From: Patescibacteria group bacterium
Lineage (GTDB): Bacteria; Patescibacteriota; Minisyncoccia; Phycocordibacterales; JAKAEA01
Direction: 5' to 3'
DNA length: 64,000 bases
Assembly (NCBI GenBank): GCA_040387855.1
Contig: JAZKCY010000001.1
Location: 253,857 to 317,856, forward strand
Shown: one piece after another, positions 38,216 through 46,636 of the stretch
Layout: the number at the start of each line of letters is the position of its first letter
Position numbering within the stretch: the stretch's first letter is position 1
The notes under the pieces: model-generated
The model's database searches: none
Seen by the model: only the letters and a program-made list of their open reading frames with translations
Told to the model about the DNA's origin: nothing
Translations under genes and position numbers: made by a program

Positions 38216-38295
38216 TATAGTATGGAGTTTCCCTGTGGATGTCAATATAAGCGAGCTTTGCTATACTATCTCTATAATCATGTAACTAAATATTT

Positions 38296-39852
38296 ATGAG
38301 CAAAGGTATTGAACAATCTGGAATAAAACAAGTTGAATCCTCTGAACAACAAGCTCTGCGAGCATTAGCTGCTAAATTAAAAATGGACGTTGCGAGATAT
38401 TTTGACGAAGCTGGTATTAAAGATCGAGACGAAGGAAAAATTATTGATGCCGAGGCGTGTGAAAGATTAGCTGCTCAGTCGAGAGAAGAAGCTGAAGCTA
38501 TATTAGCTGGAGGACCATTTGATGAGGACCTTGTACGTCCTTTGGCAGAACGATCTGATCTGGATGATGGATTACCGCTGCCTCCTGCACCTACAGGTAG
38601 TCTTCTCATGGATCATTCTCAGGAGCCTTTACCAAGAGGTGACCAAGCTAAAGATCAATTACGTACACCAACGCTTGATACTACTTTGAATAATGATCCT
38701 GCTTTTGCTGTTGGTGGGGTAAATAGTGATTCTAAGTTTCCTGGATTAGATGCTGAAACAATTTACAATCCTGATGGATCAGTTACTTTTGTTGTAGAAA
38801 ATAAATCATTAAAACCAGGAGATGAACCTCGTTCTGCAGGTCCAATGATAGTTACCAGAAAACCTGATGGGTCTACTTCTAGTACAATGAAAGATACTAC
38901 TCCTGTGCCAGAAGCCTTAGGAAAAAACATTCCTCAGTTCACTTCTAAAGGAGAACCCAATCTAGCTTACGATGACAAAGATTTCGATGAAAACGGCCGT
39001 ATACGTTCAAGTAAAGTGAATAAGCCAGGTGTCGCAGAAAGTCGTAAGGCTAATCCAAATGACACAACATATGCGCCGAATAAAAAAGGGAAGTTGGCAT
39101 TTGAAGGAGATGCAAATCCTATGGAGGCGACATGGGTTGATGGAAAGCCTGTAAACAAAGGTGAGCTGGCTTTTGAGGGGGATCCAAGTGTAGATCCAAT
39201 AGCTCAGACTGTTGCTGGAGCATATATCAATGTTGAGGAATCAAGACGACAAGCTCACATTGAAAAAGTTCGAAGTAGTTTAAAGCAAAAGCCAAAGAAT
39301 GAGGAGCTTGGAAAAGTATTAGATAGAGTTGTACCAGAGCAACGACCACAACTTACGAAAGCAGAACAAGCCGCAATCCTCGCAAAGAATCGAGAGAAAA
39401 TGATTAAAGAGGTTCCACAAAGAATTAGCGTAATGAATAAACGTGCTGATTATATTCTTCATTTTAGAGATATAGTTCTAAACGCTGATCCAGAACTTAC
39501 TTATGGAAGACGAAAGATTTTGTATAATGTCATTATTGATTTAGCAAAATCTCAAAAAAATGGTTTGTCTGAAAAAGAAAAAGACACACTTCATGAACAA
39601 GCAAGCAGAATATCGCTATTTGATCCAAACGAAAATCCAAAAGCGATTCCTCAGTTCAGAGCTGATTGTGAAAAATTTGCGATGTACTACAAACATTTAG
39701 TAGAGAAACAAGCACAAAAGGTTTTTCCAGCTAGTACTCCAATCCAACCTTTCAAACAAAAAATTGTGGAAAAGTTTGGACCTCAACCAAAGCTTGGATG
39801 GTCTAATATCAAGAATAAAGTAAGGTCTTTCTTTGGGTTTAAGAGATACTAA
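38296..39852 (+). CDS. Hypothetical, largely low-complexity Pro/Asp/Lys-rich protein
   Basis: 518-aa ORF with host-like codon usage, a short duplication KG.LAFEGD and no recognisable domain. Confidence 0.75.
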   Translation: MSKGIEQSGIKQVESSEQQALRALAAKLKMDVARYFDEAGIKDRDEGKIIDAEACERLAAQSREEAEAILAGGPFDEDLVRPLAERSDLDDGLPLPPAPTGSLLMDHSQEPLPRGDQAKDQLRTPTLDTTLNNDPAFAVGGVNSDSKFPGLDAETIYNPDGSVTFVVENKSLKPGDEPRSAGPMIVTRKPDGSTSSTMKDTTPVPEALGKNIPQFTSKGEPNLAYDDKDFDENGRIRSSKVNKPGVAESRKANPNDTTYAPNKKGKLAFEGDANPMEATWVDGKPVNKGELAFEGDPSVDPIAQTVAGAYINVEESRRQAHIEKVRSSLKQKPKNEELGKVLDRVVPEQRPQLTKAEQAAILAKNREKMIKEVPQRISVMNKRADYILHFRDIVLNADPELTYGRRKILYNVIIDLAKSQKNGLSEKEKDTLHEQASRISLFDPNENPKAIPQFRADCEKFAMYYKHLVEKQAQKVFPASTPIQPFKQKIVEKFGPQPKLGWSNIKNKVRSFFGFKRY

Positions 39853-39877
39853 ACAAGTGATACAAAAATAAGAAAAC

Positions 39878-39907
39878 AAAAGAGCGCTTCATATGAAGCG
39901 CTCTTTT
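39878..39907. terminator. Bidirectional terminator (perfect palindrome)
   Basis: AAAAGAGCGCTTCATATGAAGCGCTCTTTT between convergent genes. Confidence 0.8.
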
Positions 39908-39908
39908 A

Positions 39909-42900
39909 TTACAAAACTTTTACTTTTTCTACAAGAATACTAGGTGTCCCATTTCGTAATGAGAATTTACCTTTGATAGCAATACAGTTGTCTTGTTGCA
40001 ACATTGATTCAAATTCTTTTAGTGTTCGAGGGAAGGCAACAGCTTCAATCGAGCTTGAATAATCAGAGAGCTTTAAGAATGCCATTTTATCACCCTTCTT
40101 AGTGTTGATTGGTTTTACTTCTTCAAGTAATCCATAGACCACAGCCATCATACCGTCTTTCAATACTTCTTTTGTTTTCTTAATATTCATTTCAACTCGA
40201 GTCATCTTTGCCTGATGCTGATCGAGTGGGTGGCCAGAAATATACAATCCTAGCAATTCTTTTTCCCAGACAAGCATTTCAGGTCCTGTAGCTGCTGGAG
40301 CATCTTTCATGCGGAGTGATGGAACAGTTGTCGTATCTGCCATAAGTCCAAAGAGTGAATCTTGATCGTGAGTAGCAGTTGATTCTTTATTGTATTTCAA
40401 AAGATCATCAATATTTGCAAGCATATGACCTCGTTCTCCAAGTTTATCCATAGCTCCACACTTAATGAGTGCTTCAAGCGACTTTCTGTTTAGAGCTCGG
40501 TCTTTAATTCTGTTTAAAAAATCTACAAGAGTAGGAAAAGGACCTCCACGTTTTCGTTCTGCAATAATTATGTCACCAATACCTTCACCGAAGTTTTTGA
40601 TAGTAGTAAGTCCAAATCGTATAGCATCGATCATCTTCTTATTACCAGTTTTTGCACTGGTAATTTCAGAGTGGTTTTTTATTACAGTAAAATGCGTATC
40701 ACTTTCATTGATATCAGGGGGAAGTACGGCAATACGCATTCGTTTACATTCTGTAATGATTTCGGCAACTTTTTCGGTGTCTCCTGATTCGGCAGTGAGT
40801 ACGGCACTCATATAAATAGCAGGGAAGTTGGCCTTCATGTATGAGGTTTGATAGGCCACTCGTCCGTATGACGCTGCGTGAGCTTTATTGAATCCGTAGG
40901 CAGCAAATGGTTCGATAAGTTTCCAAAGTTCTTCTGCTTTTGCTTCAGGAAGTCCATTTTTAATAAGACCATCCATGAGCTTTCCTTTTTCAGCTTGCAT
41001 AACTTCAGGAATTTTCTTACCCATAGCTTTTCGGAGTTTATCCGCTTCAAGCCATGAATAGCCGGCAAGGTGAATAGCGGTAAGCATCACGTCGTCTTGG
41101 TACACAAGCAGTCCGAATGACATATCCAAATACTCTTTCATTCGTTTATCCAAAAATTCTATTTTTTGAGGATTGTGTTTTCGTTCAATGTAGGTTGGGA
41201 TCATTTCCATAGGACCTGGTCGGTAGAGTGCCACCATCGCATTGATGTCGTGAATTGTTGAAGGCTTAAGTTCTTTTAGGAACTTCGTCATACCTGTTCC
41301 GTTTAATTGGAAAAGCCCCACTGTTTCTCCACGAGCAAGCATTTGGAATGTCTTCTCATCAGCAATAGGGACATTTTCGATATCTACATCTATATTTTCA
41401 ATTTCTTTTACTTTTATCACAGCATCGGCAAGAATAGAAAGGTTTCGAATTCCAAGAAAGTCGAATTTCAAAAGTCCCACGCCGTCTTCTCCCACGCCGT
41501 GCATGTCGTACTGGGTAATGAGTTTTCCTTCTCCTTTAGGATCAAACTGAATAGGTACATGATTTGTAAGTGCATCTGGAGCAATCACCACACCGGCCGC
41601 GTGAACTGAAATGTGACGTGCACATCCTTCAATCTTTTTGGCCATTTCAATGATGTCACGTACTTCGGGCTCTGCATCATAAATCTTTTTAAGTTCAGGT
41701 TCTTCTTCAAGTGCTCGATCAATAGTCATAGCAAAACCTTGAGAACCCATTGGAATGAGTTTTGAAATTCGATCTCCTGTGGCCACAGGATAGCCCATCG
41801 CTCGAGCAACGTCGCGCACAGCACCTTTGGCTGCCATCGTTCCAAACGTTCCAATCTGAGCTACTTTTTCAGCCCCATACTTTCTACGTGCATAGGCAAT
41901 AACTTCGTCACGACGGTTATCGGCATAGTCCATATCGATATCGGGAGCAGATGGTCGTTCGGGGTTTAAGAATCGTTCGAACGGAAGTTTGTAGCTAAGA
42001 GGATCTACGTTTGTAATCTTTGTAAGATAGGTTACAAGAGATCCCGCAACAGATCCTCGAATGGTTGTGAGAATTTTATTATCATGAGCAAAATGCAGTA
42101 GGTCAGATACTACTCGGAAATATTTTGCATATCCTTTGTTTTTGATAACTTCTAATTCGTAGTCCAATCTTTTAATAAGTTCTGGAGATCGTTCCATGCC
42201 TCGTTTTTCAATTCCTTCATAGGCAAGATCTCGAAGTACGTCATCATGAGTTTTACCAGGAACTTCTTCAATATCAGGGAAGTACCATGTGCTCATGTGA
42301 ATATCCACATTACACATTTCAGTAATTTTTTTTGTATTTTCGAGAGCCTCAGGCATATTAGCAAAATACTCGTCTGCTTGGTCAGGTGAAATAAATGAAA
42401 AATCTTCTTCTGAATCGTCAAAACTTCGTTCACTCATGTCTCCACCAGATTGAATAGACATGAGGGTATTACGTGCTGCCCGATCTTCAGGATCAAGATA
42501 ATACACATCATGTGCTGCCATGATCTGAGTGTTTGTTTCTTTTGCCAAATCTCGCAACTCTTTCATAAGTTCCTGATGATTTGAAATTTCAGGATGATGT
42601 GTGATTTCTAAGAAGAAGTTTTCTTGTCCATAGACAGATTTGTAAAACTCAAGCCATTCTAATGCTTTTTCTTTATCATGTTGCTTCAATGCCAAACTAA
42701 TAGCACTAGAGAATGATGGAGCGATACATACTACATCATCTTTATACTGAGAAATTAATTCTTTATCTAATCGTGGTTTGTAATAAAATCCCGATAAATG
42801 TGATTCGGTCACCAATGCAATTAATTGCTTATAGCCATTTTGATTTTTGGCTAAAAGCACCAATCGTGATCGCTTGTTATCGATACCGGATGTTTTGTCA

Positions 42901-43163
42901 TGTCGAGTTCGAAGGGCAACATAAAAATCAACACCAATAATTGGTTTGATTTCATTTTTTTTGCAAGCTTTGTAGAACTCAATGGTGCCGTACATATTAC
43001 CGTTGTCGGTAATTGCAAGTGCAGGCATTCCCAGTTTCTTTGCTTTTTTAACGAGGTCAGGAATTTGAGGGAGAGCATTCAATAAACTGTAGTGAGTATG
43101 AACGTGAAGATGCGTGAACTTGTAAGGTACAGGTTCCTTTGGGGTAGGTGTTGGATCTGCCAT
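39909..43163 (-). CDS. dnaE: DNA polymerase III alpha subunit
   Basis: PHP domain HLHVHTHYSLL, RGSVAGS, FERFLNPER..PDIDMD, HAAGVV and YGFNKAHA. Confidence 0.97.
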   Translation of the reverse strand: MADPTPTPKEPVPYKFTHLHVHTHYSLLNALPQIPDLVKKAKKLGMPALAITDNGNMYGTIEFYKACKKNEIKPIIGVDFYVALRTRHDKTSGIDNKRSRLVLLAKNQNGYKQLIALVTESHLSGFYYKPRLDKELISQYKDDVVCIAPSFSSAISLALKQHDKEKALEWLEFYKSVYGQENFFLEITHHPEISNHQELMKELRDLAKETNTQIMAAHDVYYLDPEDRAARNTLMSIQSGGDMSERSFDDSEEDFSFISPDQADEYFANMPEALENTKKITEMCNVDIHMSTWYFPDIEEVPGKTHDDVLRDLAYEGIEKRGMERSPELIKRLDYELEVIKNKGYAKYFRVVSDLLHFAHDNKILTTIRGSVAGSLVTYLTKITNVDPLSYKLPFERFLNPERPSAPDIDMDYADNRRDEVIAYARRKYGAEKVAQIGTFGTMAAKGAVRDVARAMGYPVATGDRISKLIPMGSQGFAMTIDRALEEEPELKKIYDAEPEVRDIIEMAKKIEGCARHISVHAAGVVIAPDALTNHVPIQFDPKGEGKLITQYDMHGVGEDGVGLLKFDFLGIRNLSILADAVIKVKEIENIDVDIENVPIADEKTFQMLARGETVGLFQLNGTGMTKFLKELKPSTIHDINAMVALYRPGPMEMIPTYIERKHNPQKIEFLDKRMKEYLDMSFGLLVYQDDVMLTAIHLAGYSWLEADKLRKAMGKKIPEVMQAEKGKLMDGLIKNGLPEAKAEELWKLIEPFAAYGFNKAHAASYGRVAYQTSYMKANFPAIYMSAVLTAESGDTEKVAEIITECKRMRIAVLPPDINESDTHFTVIKNHSEITSAKTGNKKMIDAIRFGLTTIKNFGEGIGDIIIAERKRGGPFPTLVDFLNRIKDRALNRKSLEALIKCGAMDKLGERGHMLANIDDLLKYNKESTATHDQDSLFGLMADTTTVPSLRMKDAPAATGPEMLVWEKELLGLYISGHPLDQHQAKMTRVEMNIKKTKEVLKDGMMAVVYGLLEEVKPINTKKGDKMAFLKLSDYSSSIEAVAFPRTLKEFESMLQQDNCIAIKGKFSLRNGTPSILVEKVKVL

Positions 43164-43238
43164 TGCTACATGATTATAACGTGTATGTGGATAGCAATAA
43201 AGAAGACGCTCAGTTTATCGCGTGGTAGAATAATATAT

Positions 43239-43556
43239 ATGCTCGCTATTGATGATGATATCGAATTTATTGATGAGGCAAAATCTATTGATATAGATCC
43301 TTATGGATCTCGAAATATTTTTGCACGATATCAAATTCAAACTCCTTATATGACTCGTCTGCTAATGAAGTCTCGGTTTGTAAAAACTACTAAGGCTGCA
43401 CATTATATTCTTATTGGTATCGTTATTGCATGTATGCTTTTTTCATTAATTACACTGATTATTCCTCTTATTCCAAAAAAAACAGTTTCAAGTGATGTGA
43501 AAAATAAAATCATGGAAGAATCACTTCGAAAAATAAATCAACCCTTACCAAGATAA
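43239..43556 (+). CDS. Small single-TM protein, pilin-associated
   Basis: ATG 43239 lies 7 nt after TAGAAT. Similar in layout to 12036-12293. Confidence 0.7.
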   Translation: MLAIDDDIEFIDEAKSIDIDPYGSRNIFARYQIQTPYMTRLLMKSRFVKTTKAAHYILIGIVIACMLFSLITLIIPLIPKKTVSSDVKNKIMEESLRKINQPLPR

Positions 43557-44075
43557 ATGAAAAGAATTAATCTACGTTCAGAAAAAGGTTTTACTGTAAT
43601 AGAGCTCATCGTTGTTTTTGCTATTATCGGATTATTAAGTTCATTTGTTCTAACGACTACTTCAACAGCACGTTTTAATGCTCGATCAGCACAGCGATTA
43701 GCAGATCTGGGTCAAATTCATGTTGCACTAGAACTCTATTATGATGAACATCAATCATATCCACCCTCAAGCGGTTGGAATGGTATTTATTCTTGTTGGG
43801 GATACGCATCAACAGATAGTAATGCTAATGGGTGGATTTCTCAGTTAGTCCCAAGGTATATCTACAAGTTACCTCGTGATCCACGCAATCATATTAACTG
43901 TGACGCTCAGTATATCTATAGTTCTAATACTGTTGATTACAAATTGATAGCTCACAATCCAGAAAATTGTATGGGTGAAACAAGACGCAATCTTCCACTA
44001 CGAGATCCAACCCGAGGAGGGAACAATGGCTGTTGGGCATTTGGGTATTGGACTCCTGGTGCTGTAAGTTGGTAG
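43557..44075 (+). CDS. Type IV pilin / GspG-like pseudopilin
   Basis: EKG|FTVIELIVVFAIIGLL, ALELYY...YP and LPRDP. Confidence 0.9.
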   Translation: MKRINLRSEKGFTVIELIVVFAIIGLLSSFVLTTTSTARFNARSAQRLADLGQIHVALELYYDEHQSYPPSSGWNGIYSCWGYASTDSNANGWISQLVPRYIYKLPRDPRNHINCDAQYIYSSNTVDYKLIAHNPENCMGETRRNLPLRDPTRGGNNGCWAFGYWTPGAVSW

Positions 44076-44079
44076 GGTC

Positions 44080-44697
44080 ATGAAAAATATACTGTTTACA
44101 CTAGGTATAGATGAAGCAGGACGGGGACCACTTGCTGGTCCTGTTGCTATTGGTGTTGTGAAAGTACATAAAGGTCATGAAGCTACTCTTAAGAAATTAG
44201 TAAAAGATATTAAAGGAAGAGATTCAAAAAAGCTTTCTCCGGCAAAAAGAGAAGAATGGTTTGAAAAAATAAAAGCTTTTAAGAAACAGGGAATTTTGGA
44301 TTTTCATGTTGCATTAGTTCCTGTTCAGCATATAGATGAGAAGGGAATTGCTCATGCTATACGTTTTGGAATGAAAATGTGCTTAAGAAAAGTTAAAGCT
44401 GATCATACTCGAAGTTTTGTAAAATTAGATGGATCATTAAAAGCACCTCAGGAATTTATTTCTCAAAAAACTATTATTAAAGGGGATGAAAAAGAGTGGA
44501 TTATTGGGTTGGCTTCAATTGCAGCAAAAGTTAGTCGTGATACGTATATGATTCGACAAGGTAAAAATGCACTTTATAAGCCCTACAAGCTCGAAATTCA
44601 CAAGGGATATGGTACAAAGGTACATAGAGAGCTTATTGTGAAATATGGCCCTAGTTCGCTGCATAGGCTGAGCTTTCTAAAAAATATTGTGAAATAG
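44080..44697 (+). CDS. rnhB: Ribonuclease HII
   Basis: GIDEAGRGPLAGPV, DSKKLS, ASIAAKVSRD, HKGYGT and HRLSF. Confidence 0.96.
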   Translation: MKNILFTLGIDEAGRGPLAGPVAIGVVKVHKGHEATLKKLVKDIKGRDSKKLSPAKREEWFEKIKAFKKQGILDFHVALVPVQHIDEKGIAHAIRFGMKMCLRKVKADHTRSFVKLDGSLKAPQEFISQKTIIKGDEKEWIIGLASIAAKVSRDTYMIRQGKNALYKPYKLEIHKGYGTKVHRELIVKYGPSSLHRLSFLKNIVK

Positions 44698-44744
44698 AGA
44701 GCTATATTGCACTTTTTTTGATTATACGGTATAGTATCGGAGTT

Positions 44745-45002
44745 ATGGTAAATCACATGCGACATACGCGGGCTCATACCGCTAACAGACGATCTCACCA
44801 CGCTTTAAAGGCCCGACAGTTTTCACAGTGTGAAAGTTGTGGAGCTCCAAAGATGAATCACCGAATGTGCCTTAATTGTGGAAAATATAAGGGCAGTGTG
44901 ATAGTTGATGTTGAAAAAGCACTCGTTAAGAAACAGGCTAAACTAAAGCAACGAAATAGTGAGGCTGGTGGTACGTCTGAGAAGTCAGAGGAAAAGAAAT
45001 AA
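44745..45002 (+). CDS. rpmF: 50S ribosomal protein bL32
   Basis: RRSHHAL, CESCG and HRMCLNCGKY. Confidence 0.93.
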   Translation: MVNHMRHTRAHTANRRSHHALKARQFSQCESCGAPKMNHRMCLNCGKYKGSVIVDVEKALVKKQAKLKQRNSEAGGTSEKSEEKK

Positions 45003-45016
45003 TCCTCGTTTAAAAT

Positions 45017-45913
45017 ATGGCAAATAGGCATCTTTCAAGATCGATCGTTCTCCAGTCCTTATATGAATGGGACTTCGGTCACAAGAGCCAAGACGAGGCG
45101 CTTGATGTTTTCAAGCGCAACGCAGAAGAATTCGCTCCTGGAATGAGCGATTTTGCCTTTATGGATAAATTGCTACGAGGAGTGCTCGGTAAACAACCGG
45201 AACTCGATCAGATTATTGAAAAAGCAGCTCCAGACTGGCCAATTGATAAGATTTCAGCTATCGATCGAAATATTCTTCGAGTTGGTTTATATGAACTGTT
45301 GTTTTCAGATCGAAAAGAAGTTCCTGCCAAAGTAGCTATCAACGAGGCTATTGAACTCGCAAAAAATTATGGAAGTGATACATCAAGTAGATTCGTAAAC
45401 GGAGTGCTTGGTGCGGTGTACAAAGAAATTGGAGAACCTGGCAAAAATGAAACCTCAAAGCGAAAGACTAAGGATATTCCTGATAAGGATTTACCTATAG
45501 AAGAGCTTTCTGGTGCAGTTGTATTTGCTCGTGATGGTGAAGATGTGTATCTTGCCCTCATTCACGATATTTTTGGTCACTGGACACTTACAAAAGGAAA
45601 ACTTCAGCCTGGAGAAGATCTAGAACAAGGAACTATCCGAAATGTGAAGGATGAATTGGGACTTGATATTAAAATCGTAGAAAAACTTGATGAAAATACC
45701 TATGTGGCTTTCAATCCAGAAACTGGAAAGAAGAAAAAGCATGTAACGTACTATCTCACTGAATCTGGATTTACCGATATTAAACTAGAACAAAAAGGAG
45801 GTCTTGATGATGGAAAATGGTTTAAGCTTAAAGATATTCTTGAACTCAACTTCTACAACGATATTCTCCCAATAGTTACAAAAGCAATTAATAGCATTCT
45901 ATCTCAGAAATAA
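45017..45913 (+). CDS. nusB: NusB fused to a C-terminal Nudix domain
   Basis: IDRNILR, VAINEAIELAK and FVNGVLG, then HWTLTKGKLQPGE...RNVKDELGL. Confidence 0.9.
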   Translation: MANRHLSRSIVLQSLYEWDFGHKSQDEALDVFKRNAEEFAPGMSDFAFMDKLLRGVLGKQPELDQIIEKAAPDWPIDKISAIDRNILRVGLYELLFSDRKEVPAKVAINEAIELAKNYGSDTSSRFVNGVLGAVYKEIGEPGKNETSKRKTKDIPDKDLPIEELSGAVVFARDGEDVYLALIHDIFGHWTLTKGKLQPGEDLEQGTIRNVKDELGLDIKIVEKLDENTYVAFNPETGKKKKHVTYYLTESGFTDIKLEQKGGLDDGKWFKLKDILELNFYNDILPIVTKAINSILSQK

Positions 45914-46605
45914 TGGTTGATTTTTCAAAGTTTGAACAACAAGCCGGTATTACGTTCAAAGACAAAAATTTATTACGACAGGCGTTTACTCATCGATCGT
46001 ATTTAAACGAAAATAGAAATCTTAAAATCGAGCACAATGAGCGCTTGGAATTTTTAGGTGATGCTGTATTAGAATTGGTAATTACAGATCAGTTGTATCA
46101 TAAATATCCAGGAAGACCTGAAGGAGAATTAACATCATTTCGATCTGCTTTGGTAAACTCAACAACACTTGCAAACGCAGCTGGAAAGCTTGGAGTGAAT
46201 GAGTATTTATTACTTTCACATGGCGAAGCAAAAGATACTGGCCGTGCTCGAACCTACATTTTGGCAAATACGTACGAGGCACTTTTAGGTGCTATATATT
46301 TAGATCAAGGATATGAAAATACTCGTGATTTTATAGCTAAAACTATTTTCCCACTTATTGATGACATAGTAGATAATGGCTTATGGATGGATGCAAAGTC
46401 AAAATTTCAAGAGATGGCACAAGAAAAGCTTGGTGTTACTCCTTCATATCGTACAGTAAAAGAAGCAGGACCTGATCATGATAAGAATTTTACTGTTGGC
46501 GTATATCTCAACAATGAATTAGCTGCAACGGGGGAAGGAGCATCAAAACAAGAAGCTGAACAAAGCGCTGCTCGAAAAGGACTTCTCGAAAAAAAGTGGA
46601 TATAA
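45913..46605 (+). CDS. rnc: Ribonuclease III
   Basis: HNERLEFLGDAVL plus a dsRBD. Confidence 0.97.
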   Translation: MVDFSKFEQQAGITFKDKNLLRQAFTHRSYLNENRNLKIEHNERLEFLGDAVLELVITDQLYHKYPGRPEGELTSFRSALVNSTTLANAAGKLGVNEYLLLSHGEAKDTGRARTYILANTYEALLGAIYLDQGYENTRDFIAKTIFPLIDDIVDNGLWMDAKSKFQEMAQEKLGVTPSYRTVKEAGPDHDKNFTVGVYLNNELAATGEGASKQEAEQSAARKGLLEKKWI

Positions 46606-46636
46606 GTGAGCAGTAGTTGTGGTATATTTATACTAC

